A DNA stretch of 64,000 nucleotides from contig CAWEMM010000006.1 of assembly GCA_963810095.1 (NCBI GenBank), positions 224,001 to 288,000 on the forward strand, in the 5' to 3' direction. The stretch is from an uncultured Chloroflexia bacterium (GTDB lineage: Bacteria; Chloroflexota; Anaerolineae; CG2-30-64-16). Each line of letters begins with the position of its first letter. Positions within the stretch are counted from its first letter, which is position 1. Below the pieces are notes generated by a model. It did not search any database and had not been told where the DNA came from. It saw only the letters and a list, made by a program, of their open reading frames with translations. The translations under genes were made by a program, and so were the position numbers. This document shows, one piece after another, positions 31,822 through 40,983 of the stretch.

Positions 31822-32616
31822 ATGGCTGAGTATTCCAATCTGAAGATCGCGGTCGAGGACCGCGTTGGCGTGTTGACGATCGACCACCCGCCGGCGAATG
31901 CCTTCGACGGCAAGACGCTGGTGGAGATGGATGCGGCGGTCGACGAGCTGCTGGCGAACGACCAGGTAAAGGTCATCGTGATCACCGGCGCCGGCCAATT
32001 TGCCTTCGTCGCGGGCCTGGACCTTAAGGAAGCCGCGGAGGTTTTCTCGTCGGGCCGCACCGACCTGGCGCAGGAAGCGCTGGCACGGGCGAAAGGGCTC
32101 TACCGGAAGATCGAATGCTCGCAGAAACCCGTCATCGCGGCCATCAACGCGGTCGCGTTGGGCGGCGGGCTCGAGCTGGCGCTGGCATGCCACATCCGCA
32201 TCATGGCCGACCGGGCGCGCATCGGGTTGACCGAAACAAACCTGGGCCTGATCCCGGGCTGGGGCGGCACCCAGCGGCTGCAGCGGGTGGTGGGACAAGG
32301 CAAGGCGCTCGAATTGATCCTGTCTGGCGACATGATCAACGCGCAGGAGGCGTTCCGCATCGGGCTGGCCAACAAGGTGGTGCCCGCGGGCCAGGTGCTG
32401 CACGAGGCAATGGGCATGGCCAAGAAGATCGCGGCCAAGAGCAAGCTGGCCATTGGCGCAGCCATGACCGCGGTGGTCGAAGGCGGCGAGATGCCGCTGG
32501 ACGAAGGCCTGAAGTTCGAAGGCGAGCAGTTCCTCCGCCTGGTCGGCAGCCACGACCTCGTCGAAGGGATCAGCGCGTTCGTGCAGAAACGGCAGCCGAA
32601 GTTTACCGATAGTTAA
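31822..32616 (+). CDS. Enoyl-CoA hydratase/crotonase
   Basis: AFVAGLDL, ALGGGLELALACH, ETNLGLIPGWGGTQRL. Confidence 0.95.
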   Translation: MAEYSNLKIAVEDRVGVLTIDHPPANAFDGKTLVEMDAAVDELLANDQVKVIVITGAGQFAFVAGLDLKEAAEVFSSGRTDLAQEALARAKGLYRKIECSQKPVIAAINAVALGGGLELALACHIRIMADRARIGLTETNLGLIPGWGGTQRLQRVVGQGKALELILSGDMINAQEAFRIGLANKVVPAGQVLHEAMGMAKKIAAKSKLAIGAAMTAVVEGGEMPLDEGLKFEGEQFLRLVGSHDLVEGISAFVQKRQPKFTDS

Positions 32617-32622
32617 TTGTGA

Positions 32623-32661
32623 TTGCAGGCGAGCGGCAGCGAAGCTGTCGCTCGCCTGCAA
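32623..32661. repeat. 18-bp intergenic hairpin just upstream of the NYN gene
   Basis: TTGCAGGCGAGCGGCAGC-GAA-GCTGTCGCTCGCCTGCAA (one G-U pair). Confidence 0.8.
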
Positions 32662-32676
32662 AAGGAAATCCCACCA

Positions 32677-34712
32677 ATGGAAATGCGCCTGGATGCACCG
32701 CAAATTGCGGTGTTCATCGACTTTGAAAACGTTGCTACATCCGCAGAAGCCAATTACGGCGATTTTGACGTAACGGCCGTCACCGACCTGCTGCGCTCGC
32801 GGGGCGGCTTCTGATTAAGCGCGCATACGGCGATTGGGGCCGCTTTCACCGCTACCGCCGGCCGATGCTCGAAAACGGGGTCGACCTCTTGCAGTTGTAC
32901 TCCGTCGGCATCCAACAGAAGAACCGGGCCGACGTCCGGTTGGCCATCGACGCCATGGAGACCGTCTTCACCCGGCCCAACATCGACGTCTACGCCATCG
33001 TTTCCGGCGACTCGGACTTTACCGAGTTGATTCACAAGCTGCGCGATTACGGGAAATACACGATCGGCATTGGCCTGCATTCGGCCACCTCCGACCTGCT
33101 GCGCCGGGCGTGCGATGAGTTCATCTTCTATGAAACACTGATTACCGAGGAACTGGACGACATCGCCAATGAGCTGCAGCTGCCCGACCCCCGCGAATTG
33201 CTGCGCCGAGCGTTGGTCGCGGCCGAGCAGAAGGGCGAAGTACCGGTTTTCGCCGGCCGGCTGAAGCAGATCATGCTGAGCCTCGACTCGTCGTTCAACG
33301 AGGCCAACTACGGCTACCAGCAATTCCGGTCGTTCCTGGAGGGCCAGCTCAGCCTGGTAACCTTGCAGGAAACAGACATGCAGCTTTATGTGAAGCTGCG
33401 CAAGCCCGGCGACGCGTCCGGCGGCTCGCCGGTGGGGCCGCTGACCGAAGCGCCTGCGCCGCCCATTGCCAAGCCGGTCGGCGACGTCGACCCCAGCCAG
33501 CGCTTCCGCAGCTTCCTGCGCGAGGCCGGGCTGCGCGTCATCGAGTCGGCCACACGCCAACAGGTGCTTGTGGACTTCCTGGCCGCGGTGCAGGCCGCCC
33601 CCACACCCCTCTCGCTAAACCAGGCGGCCGACTTGCTCAAGGACCGCTACGACGCGGAAAACGCGCTGACCCAGAAGATCGCGGTTGCCGAGATGATGCG
33701 CTTGCTGGTGATGAGCGACGCGCTGCGGTACGAAGGCGGCCAGGCTGGCAGCGACGCGCCGCTCCTCGACCCGCAATCGCTGGCGCTCGATGCGCTGAGC
33801 ACGGCCTGTGACTGCGTGTACGTCGCACGGGTGATCGAAGGGGGCGTCCCGGTGGATGCAGAGGCCCTCGCGCCGGTGCTGTACGGGCCAGGGGCCACAC
33901 CCGACCGTGTGCTGCTGCTGTGCGAGCGGCTGTCTGCGCTGGGCTTTGCGGCGCTGGCCGATGGCGGCTGCGCCGTGGCCGGCAGCCTGATCGACCGGCT
34001 GCTGGCACGCGAAGAACTGGCCCTGGCGGCAGCCGGACTGGCGAAGGTCGCGCTGCCCGGAGGCGAGCCGACCGTGGCCCTGGCCGAGAGCCTCTTCCGC
34101 GAGGCATCGGACCTGCGGCAGAAGGACTTCGCCGGCAGCGCGCAGCGCTACCTGCAGGCCGCCCGCATCCAACTGGACGCGGTGCGGGCGGGGCAGCCGC
34201 GGGCCGGGTTCGACGACCTGAAGTGGTACCTGGCAAGCTTCTGTTCGGTCAAAGCGGGGCACGCGTTCGTGTCGGGCAACTACGGCGAGGCGGTCCCCTA
34301 CTACCTGGCGTTCTTCGGCCTGGCGCAGGAGGCCGACTGTGTGTGGCCGCGAATTCAACGTCTCGTCAATCCGATGGCGAGCTACTACTTCGCCATTGCC
34401 GGCAAACGGCTAAACGAGCCCGTGCCCCAGAACCTCGGCCGCTCGCCTGCTGCGCAGGTGGCGCTGCGCCTGCACAATCACGCGAACCCGCAGGTGGGCG
34501 CAGGGTGGGAGGATCTGATGCGCCGGCTCGCATCCGTGAACCTGGGCATGGTGCGAATGACGTTCCGGGAACTGACCGGCCTGGCCGGACCGGTAACGCA
34601 AGTGGGCGACCCGGCGCGGGTCGAACACACCCGGGCGTTCCTGGCCGACCTGATCGCTCACTGCCAGGACGCGCCGGTGGTGGACATGCTCGTGCCCGTT
34701 GCCGAAGGATAA
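32677..34712 (+). CDS. NYN (PIN-like) domain plus OST-HTH/LOTUS protein with long unassigned helical C-terminus (frame break near 32805)
   Basis: VFIDFENV, KNRADVRLAIDAM, IVSGDSDF, CDEFIFY; LOTUS-like LKQIMLSLDSSFNEANYGYQQFRSFL. Confidence 0.85.
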
Positions 34713-34714
34713 TG

Positions 34715-34787
34715 ACCAGAAAGAACGAAGGAACAAAGCTTCACTAAGGCTGCCCTTCGCGAGCCTTCGATTCTTTGGTTCTGTGGT
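34715..34787. repeat. ACACAAAG-family inverted repeat, copy 8 (divergent)
   Basis: ACCAGAAAGAACGAAGGAACAAAG ... CTTCGATTCTTTGGTTCTGTGGT. Confidence 0.7.
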
Positions 34788-34834
34788 GAGTGATCGAGCC
34801 GATGAAGCGCTCTCGCGAGAGGAAAGGAGCCGCC

Positions 34835-36002
34835 ATGGACTTCGTACTGACCGAAGAACAGCAGATGTTCCAGAAACTGTTTCGCGACTTTGCGACAAAA
34901 GAGGTGGCGAAAGTTGCAGAACAGACCGACAAGCAGGAAGCGTACCCGGCCAAGTTGATCAAGCGCGCTGCAGGGCAGGGCTTTCTGGGCGTGTTCGCGC
35001 CCGAGGAACCGTACGGCGGCGCGGGGTTGGACTTCACCACGTACACGCTGCTGGCCGAGGCCATGGCCGCCGAGTGCGCCAGCACCGCGCTCACACTGCA
35101 CGTCCACAACGTCCTGGCGCTTCGGACGCTCGTGAAGCACGGGACGGAAGTTGCGAAACAGGACCTCGTGCCCGAAATGGTTGGCGGCGATCGGATCGGC
35201 GCCTTCGCTCTTACCGAAAGCGGGGCAGGCAGCGACCCGACGCGCCTTCGAACGGTGGCCTGCAAGGAAGACGGTCACTGGGTTATCACGGGCAACAAGA
35301 CGTGGGTCTCGAACGCAGGTGTGGCAGGCGTCTACATCGTCTTTGCCGCCACAGATCCCGCGGCCGGGGCAAAAGGCATCAGCGCTTTCGTCGTCCCGGC
35401 CGAGGCTGACGGGGTGGTGCTGGGCGGCCGCGAGAAGACGCTGGGGCTGCGCGGCGCGCAAATTCACCGCCTGTACCTGAAGGGTGTGCGCGTGCCGCAA
35501 GACTACCTGCTGGGCCAGGAGGGCGGCGGCTACAAGATCGCGATGGAGACGCTCGACTACGGCCGGGTGGGCATCTCGGCGGCAGCCGTGGGCGGCGCGG
35601 CGGAAGTCGGTGGAGCTTGCCACCGTGTTTGCCACCCAGCGCAGCCAGTTCGGCGCCAGCATCGCGACCAAGCAAGCGATCCAGATGTACCTGGCCGACG
35701 CCGCAACGCAGGTGCAGGCAGGCCAGTGGTTAGTGCGCCATGCCGCCTGGCTGGCAGACCAGGGGCAGCCTTTCACCCAGGAAGCGGCGATGGCGAAGCT
35801 GTACTGCGGCCGGATGGCCGGCGAAGTGACGAACAAGATGCTCCAGGTGCACGGCGGCGCCGGCTTCATCGCGGACTACCCGATCGAGCGCTACTACCGC
35901 GACGCGCGGGCCATGGAGCTTGTCGAAGGCACGTCGCAGATGCAGCAGATCGTTATCGCGGGCGGCCTGCTTGGCCCGGCCGGCATCAAGGTGAGGCCGT
36001 GA
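34835..36002 (+). CDS. Acyl-CoA dehydrogenase (frame break near 35600)
   Basis: AFALTESGAGSD, GNKTWVSN, QVHGGAG, ELVEGTSQMQ. Confidence 0.92.
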
Positions 36003-36005
36003 TTT

Positions 36006-36076
36006 ACCGCCAAGACACAAAGTCACGAAGACTCACAAAACCTTTGTGAACCTTCGTGTCCTCGAGTCGTCGTGGT
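36006..36076. repeat. ACACAAAG-family inverted repeat, copy 9
   Basis: ACCGCCAAGACACAAAGTCACGAAG ... CTTCGTGTCCTCGAGTCGTCGTGGT. Confidence 0.8.
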
Positions 36077-36098
36077 GAGCGTAGTTCTGGAGGGAAGA

Positions 36099-37265
36099 AT
36101 GGATTTTACGCTTCCGAAGCACCTGCAGCTTTTCAGAGAGATGGTGCGTGAGTTCGCCGAGCAGGAAGTGCGGCCCAAGGCCAAGCAGGTCGACGCGCAG
36201 GGCTGGCCCGACATGGATGTGGTTCGCAAGCTGGGCGAGAACGGCCTGCTGGGCATTCCCTTTCCCACCAAGTACGGCGGGGGCGGGCTGGGCGAGCAGG
36301 GCTACTGTATCCTGATGGAAACCATGGGCGGCGTCTGCACCTCCACCGCGACCTTGATCGGGGCCCACATCGGGATCGGCGTGATGGCGCTGTATCTCGG
36401 CGGCACCGAGGACCAGAAGAAGAAGTACCTGCCCGACCTGTGCAACGGCCGGAAGATCGCCGCGTTCTGCCTGACCGAACCAGGCGCAGGGTCGGATGCG
36501 GCGGGCATCAAGACACGGGCAATCAAGGACGGCAACAACTGGGTCATCAGCGGCAACAAGATCTATATCACGAACGGACCCATTGCCGACGTGTTCACCG
36601 TGCTGGCCGTCACCGACCCTGGCCTGGGCGCGCGGGGAGGTGTAACGGCCTTCATCGTCGAAAAAGGCTACGCAGGCGTCTCGGTTGGCACGGTCGAACA
36701 CAAGATGGGCATTCGGGGCAGCGCGACCTCTGAGATGATCTTCGACGAGGTGGTCGTGCCGTCGGCCAATGTGCTGGGCCAGGTCGGGGCGGGGTTCGTC
36801 ACCTTCATGGCCACACTCGACACGGGGCGCCTTGGCTTGGGCGCAGCCTGCCTGGGCGGCGCAGATGCCGCGCTGGAGACCATGTGCCGGTACGCGGCGG
36901 GGCGCCAGCAGTTCGGCAAGCCAATTGCCGAGAAGCAGATGATCCAGTGGATGATCGCAGACACCGCATCCGAGGTGGAAGCCCTGCGCTCGATGGTCTA
37001 CCGGACCGCATGGATGGTCGATACCAACCAGCCGTACACGAAGGAAGCCGGCATCTGCAAATTGTTCGGCTCGGAGGTGGCCGCGCGGGCCATCAACCGG
37101 GCGGTCCAGGTGCACGGCGCGCTCGGCTACGACCGCGATTTCCCGATCGAACGCAACTGGCGCGATGCGCGCATCGCGGAGATCTTTGAGGGCACCAACG
37201 AGATCCAGCGCATCGTCATCGCCGAGCAGATGCTGCGCCCGTATGGCGTGCGCGTGCGGCCGTAA
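36099..37265 (+). CDS. Acyl-CoA dehydrogenase (butyryl-CoA dehydrogenase-like)
   Basis: AFCLTEPGAGSD, GNKIYITNG, KMGIRGS, EIFEGTNEIQR. Confidence 0.95.
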   Translation: MDFTLPKHLQLFREMVREFAEQEVRPKAKQVDAQGWPDMDVVRKLGENGLLGIPFPTKYGGGGLGEQGYCILMETMGGVCTSTATLIGAHIGIGVMALYLGGTEDQKKKYLPDLCNGRKIAAFCLTEPGAGSDAAGIKTRAIKDGNNWVISGNKIYITNGPIADVFTVLAVTDPGLGARGGVTAFIVEKGYAGVSVGTVEHKMGIRGSATSEMIFDEVVVPSANVLGQVGAGFVTFMATLDTGRLGLGAACLGGADAALETMCRYAAGRQQFGKPIAEKQMIQWMIADTASEVEALRSMVYRTAWMVDTNQPYTKEAGICKLFGSEVAARAINRAVQVHGALGYDRDFPIERNWRDARIAEIFEGTNEIQRIVIAEQMLRPYGVRVRP

Positions 37266-37283
37266 CGGCGTCTTGTGACCGGT

Positions 37284-37316
37284 AGACCTCACAGGTTTTG
37301 GAAATCTGCGGGGTAT
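37284..37316. repeat. Degenerate 33-bp (14-5-14) palindrome, intergenic relative of the 4833 element
   Basis: AGACCTCACAGGTT-TTGGA-AATCTGCGGGGTAT. Confidence 0.6.
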
Positions 37317-37333
37317 GGACCAGGAGGAAACGG

Positions 37334-38104
37334 ATGCGAATTATCGTGTGCATGAAACAAGGCGTTGACCCGCAGAGCGTCAAGATCTCGCGCAGCCGCG
37401 AAGAGCTGGACTTGCGCGAGGCTCGCATGCGGACCCAGCCCGAAGACAAATATGCGCTCGAAGCGGGCCTCCGACTTAAGGAAGTGATGGGTGCGGAGGT
37501 GATTGCCCTGGTTGCCGGCGGTCGCAGCGCGGAAGACACCGCACGCGAAGCCGTGGCCATGGGCGCCGACAAGGCGGTCCTGATCGTACAGAAGGGGCAG
37601 CTGACCGGGCGGGCGGCGGCCGCGCTGCTGCAGGCCGGCATCGAACGACTCGGCGGAGCGGACCTCGTCCTCGCCGGCCGGTCGGGCGATCTGGACACGA
37701 TTGGCCCGCTCGCCGGCCGGCTCGCCGCCATGCTCGACCGGCCGCTGCTGATGGACGTCATTGCCTTCGAGGAAGGACCGGCGGGCCTGGCGGCCCTGGC
37801 GGCCTGCGACGGGGGGGCAGTGCGCGTGCCAGTCGCACTGCCCGCCGTCGCGCTGGTCATGCCCGGCCCCGAGCGGCCGCGTTACCCGCACCCGTCGCGG
37901 ATCGCGGTCGCCTGGAACGAAGGGTTTGTACAGGTTTGGCCGGCGGCGGAGTTGGGTGTCACGGAAGAGCAGTTGGCCGCGGAGGCGGAGATGGGCGGCC
38001 TTGTCTTGGGTGCAGAACGGCAGCGCGGGCAGGTCGTGAGCGGCTCGCCGGCCGCAGCTGCCCAGGAACTGGCCGGCATCCTGAACAGCCGTAGGCTGCT
38101 CTGA
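37334..38104 (+). CDS. Electron transfer flavoprotein beta subunit (divergent)
   Basis: MRIIVCMKQ, AVAMGADKA, RPRYP; AGGAGG SD. Confidence 0.85.
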   Translation: MRIIVCMKQGVDPQSVKISRSREELDLREARMRTQPEDKYALEAGLRLKEVMGAEVIALVAGGRSAEDTAREAVAMGADKAVLIVQKGQLTGRAAAALLQAGIERLGGADLVLAGRSGDLDTIGPLAGRLAAMLDRPLLMDVIAFEEGPAGLAALAACDGGAVRVPVALPAVALVMPGPERPRYPHPSRIAVAWNEGFVQVWPAAELGVTEEQLAAEAEMGGLVLGAERQRGQVVSGSPAAAAQELAGILNSRRLL

Positions 38105-38145
38105 ACCTTGCTGCGGCAAGTGCGGCTGAAGTAAGGAGACCAAGT

Positions 38146-39147
38146 ATGGGCTTTGATCTTTCCGATCTCCAGGCATTGATGGGTGGATCGTTTGAAGAGC
38201 CGACCGGTGAGACGGGCGGCGTTTGGGTGGTGACGCCCGACGGTACGATTGATGACGGCATGCTGCGGCTGATCGGCAAGGGCCGGGTGGTTGCGGATGC
38301 GCTGGGCAGCTATGTCTACCTGCTTGCCGGGTGCAATGCGGCGGGCGCCGATGCCGAGGGCGCGATCCAGGCCGGAAGCGACAAGGTGCTGACCGGGGGC
38401 GGCGTGCCGGGCGTGAACGACCTGGTCGAGTTCTTCCGCGAGCGGCAGCCAGACGCCGTGCTGCTGCCCCGCACCCAGCTCGGCCGTAGCCTGGCGCCAG
38501 GGCTGGCGCAGCTGCTTGGAGCCAGCCTGTGCCGCTATGCGGCCGACCTGGCCGTCGACTCGGTATACCAGCGCCTGGTGGCGCACCAGCCCGTGCTAGA
38601 TGATGCGGCACGGGTGCAGGTGGGGCTGCTGGGCAAACCCGCGGTCGTGCTGATGGATACCGGGCTGCTGCCCGCAGCGTTCAAGGAGTCGTGGCGGCAG
38701 GGCGAGGTGACCGACACCGGGCTCAACTGGGCCGAGCCGCCGATGTACGAAATGGTGGAGCTGCCCCCCAACCCGGCTGCCCTTCGCAACGCGGCAACGG
38801 TCGTGGTGGCAGGTCAGGGGCTGCAGGACGAGACAGGCTTTGGGGCGGCTAAGGAGCTGGCCGAGGCGCTGGGGGGCGTGCTCGCGGGTGATGTGACTGC
38901 GCTGGACGCGGGCTGGATCACGGAAGAAGCGCTCATCGGCCTCACGGGCACGACGATCGCCCCCAAGCTCTGCATCGCACTCGGCGTCGACGGCGACACG
39001 AGCTTCATGATGGGGGTGGCAGAAGCAGGTTGTGTGGTGGCCGTCCAGGCCGACGGCGCTGCGCCGATCGTCCCATTTGCGGATTATAACGTGGTAGGTG
39101 ACCCGGCGGAGTTTGCCCGGGCGCTGGCCGACGCCGTGCGGAAGTAG
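38146..39147 (+). CDS. Electron transfer flavoprotein alpha-like subunit (degenerate FAD motifs)
   Basis: VVVAGQGL, ALDAGWI, IGLTGTTIAPKLCIALGVDG, APIVPFADYNVVGD. Confidence 0.8.
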   Translation: MGFDLSDLQALMGGSFEEPTGETGGVWVVTPDGTIDDGMLRLIGKGRVVADALGSYVYLLAGCNAAGADAEGAIQAGSDKVLTGGGVPGVNDLVEFFRERQPDAVLLPRTQLGRSLAPGLAQLLGASLCRYAADLAVDSVYQRLVAHQPVLDDAARVQVGLLGKPAVVLMDTGLLPAAFKESWRQGEVTDTGLNWAEPPMYEMVELPPNPAALRNAATVVVAGQGLQDETGFGAAKELAEALGGVLAGDVTALDAGWITEEALIGLTGTTIAPKLCIALGVDGDTSFMMGVAEAGCVVAVQADGAAPIVPFADYNVVGDPAEFARALADAVRK

Positions 39148-39157
39148 AGAAACCTTC

Positions 39158-39230
39158 ACAGAAAGGCACAAAGAACCCGAAGCGGCACAAAGAGAGCTTT
39201 GTGAATCTTTGGTTCTTTGTGTCTTCCTGT
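39158..39230. repeat. ACACAAAG-family inverted repeat, copy 10, between convergent genes
   Basis: ACAGAAAGGCACAAAGAACCCGAAG ... CTTTGGTTCTTTGTGTCTTCCTGT. Confidence 0.8.
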
Positions 39231-39246
39231 TAGTGGCCCATTTCGT

Positions 39247-39556
39247 TCACCACTGGAAGCCGCCCTTGAAGGGGATCACCCGACGCGTTACCCTCCCGGT
39301 GTAGCCCTCGAGCCGCTTCATCATCGAGCGCCACTCGTCAGACTCCATGGCGCGGTGCACGCGAATGCAGGTCGTCGGCCACGAACCCGATCAGCCGCGC
39401 CGGGTACGAGCCGTAAGCCGTGTGCCAGGCGTCGGTGGGGGTGAGGCCAAGCTCCTGGGCCTTCGGAAGGAACTCTTCCAGGACGAAGCGCCGGTAGGCG
39501 TTCTCATGGCCGGGCTTGATATCGTAAGACAGCAGGAGTTTGACTTGTTCGCTCAT
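39247..39556 (-). CDS. Small hypothetical protein, about 100 aa (frame break near 39360)
   Basis: MSEQVKLLLSYDIKPG...AWHTAYG... continuing as AMESDEW...KGGFQW* in the adjacent frame. Confidence 0.65.
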
Positions 39557-39558
39557 TG

Positions 39559-39783
39559 CTAAATCAACGTCTTCATCCGCAGCATGCGGTCTGTGAGTCC
39601 GCGGAGCGCATTTGCCGCAGACGGTTTGCCATCGCGTTCCAACTGCCGCGCCGCCGCGTCGGCCGTGCTGAAGAACGTGCCGTCCAAGCTCGCCAGGTTC
39701 AGGCTGACCAGTTGCATCAGTTCGCCTTCATCCTTCGCCTTCAATAGCTGCCGCACCAAATCCAGGGCTTCCTGTTGGGTCAT
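39559..39783 (-). CDS. Small helical hypothetical protein (74 aa)
   Basis: ORF with GAGGA SD and upstream TATAAT (39805-39810); stop 2 nt before the next start. Confidence 0.7.
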   Translation of the reverse strand: MTQQEALDLVRQLLKAKDEGELMQLVSLNLASLDGTFFSTADAAARQLERDGKPSAANALRGLTDRMLRMKTLI

Positions 39784-39818
39784 GTTGAATCAGTCCTCAC
39801 GCCGATTATAGCCTTTTC

Positions 39819-39853
39819 ACCACCAAGGCACAAAGAGACGAAGGCGCACAAAG
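39819..39853. repeat. ACACAAAG-family element, left arm only (copy 11)
   Basis: ACCACCAAGGCACAAAGAGACGAAGGCGCACAAAG. Confidence 0.7.
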
Positions 39854-39943
39854 CGGATACTCACCTTTCCGGTGACTGCGCAGCTTTGTCAGAACACCCC
39901 ACAACTCCGCAAGCCCTCATACGTTTAACGGTGTACATGGCTT

Positions 39944-39972
39944 TTGACACACGGTTTAGAGGCTAGTATAAT
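39944..39972 (+). promoter_or_regulatory. Perfect consensus sigma70 promoter TTGACA-17-TATAAT
   Basis: TTGACA 39944-39949; TATAAT 39967-39972. Confidence 0.85.
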
Positions 39973-40029
39973 ACCGAATCGCGGCTGGCAGGCCGCGCAA
40001 GTTTTAATCCTCAGAGGAGCAGGGACATC

Positions 40030-40812
40030 GTGGGGCAGGAAGGAAGCGCCCTCAACATTCCGCCTCGTAAGGTCGTCAAGACACTTGCAGTGGGTCAGGA
40101 AGTCGAGGGAGTCGTCAAGCGCGTCACCGAGTTCGGTGCGTTCATCGACATTGGCGTAGGCCGTGATGGTCTCGTCCATGTCTCTGAGATGGCTCAGGGC
40201 CGGGTCTCTAAGCCGTCCGACGTAGTCAAGGAAGGCGACAAAGTCCGGGTGTGGATCAAGGAGCTGGACCGGGAGAAGAACCGGATCAGCCTCAGCATGA
40301 TCGAACCGGGAACCACAACGCTGCGTGACCTGGAAGAGGGTTCAACCGTTCGGGGTCACGTCACGCGCCTAGAGCGCTACGGCGCATTCGTTGACATTGG
40401 GGTGGGCCGCGACGGCATGCTCCACGTCAAGGAAATGGGCCGCGGCTACGTCGAGAAGCCGGAAGACGTCGTCCACATTGGCGATGAGATCGACGTGCAG
40501 GTGATCGGACTGGATCGCCGCCGTGGTCGCATCGACCTGAGCATCAAAGAGCTGCTTCCGCCGGCTCCGGAGTCCGCAGTTGCGGGGGCTCCCACGTTCG
40601 GCGCAGCGCACCGAGATGAGGAAGCGCCGGTCGTCGTCGAAGAGCAGTTCCTCTCGCCCTTCGAAGTCGCGTTCCAACAGGCGCAGGGCGACCCTGACTC
40701 TCGACGCCGCGACCGCAAGAAGAAGACCCGCACGTGGGAATTTGAGGAAGATGAAGAAGAGGACCTGATCCAGCGGACGATCGCGCATCACCGCAAGAGC
40801 AAGGGCCAGTAA
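40030..40812 (+). CDS. Two-S1-domain RNA-binding protein
   Basis: Two copies of F/YGAFxDIGVGRDGxxHVxEM. Confidence 0.9.
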   Translation: MGQEGSALNIPPRKVVKTLAVGQEVEGVVKRVTEFGAFIDIGVGRDGLVHVSEMAQGRVSKPSDVVKEGDKVRVWIKELDREKNRISLSMIEPGTTTLRDLEEGSTVRGHVTRLERYGAFVDIGVGRDGMLHVKEMGRGYVEKPEDVVHIGDEIDVQVIGLDRRRGRIDLSIKELLPPAPESAVAGAPTFGAAHRDEEAPVVVEEQFLSPFEVAFQQAQGDPDSRRRDRKKKTRTWEFEEDEEEDLIQRTIAHHRKSKGQ

Positions 40813-40899
40813 CTCAACTTCTGCTTTGTCTCAGACATTATGAACGCTAAGCCGGGACCGACACCCTGCCGACCCCGGCTTTTCCGCGCCCTGGCTCCA

Positions 40900-40970
40900 A
40901 ACACAAAGGCACCAAGACACAACGCCGGCAATTGAGCTGCCGGTCTATTGCGTCCTGGTGCCTTCCTGTT
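40900..40970. repeat. ACACAAAG-family inverted repeat, copy 12
   Basis: AACACAAAGGCACCAAGACACAA ... TTGCGTCCTGGTGCCTTCCTGTT, 3' of the moeA stop. Confidence 0.8.
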
Positions 40971-40983
40971 GAATGGGTGCCTG

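Noticed and set aside
30436-32703. Long antisense ORF (755 aa), and similar ones at 48507..50471, 58390..60243, 50942..52744 and 55195..56946
   Set aside because: Shadow ORFs opposite well-supported genes, expected at high GC; no recognisable motifs.
32677-34712. NYN gene as part of a defence island or toxin-antitoxin pair
   Set aside because: No antitoxin-sized partner, mobile genes or other defence genes adjacent; composition looks like the flanking genes.
2541-40970. ACACAAAG repeats as a CRISPR array
   Set aside because: Copies are dispersed, inverted and degenerate rather than regularly spaced direct repeats; no cas genes seen.
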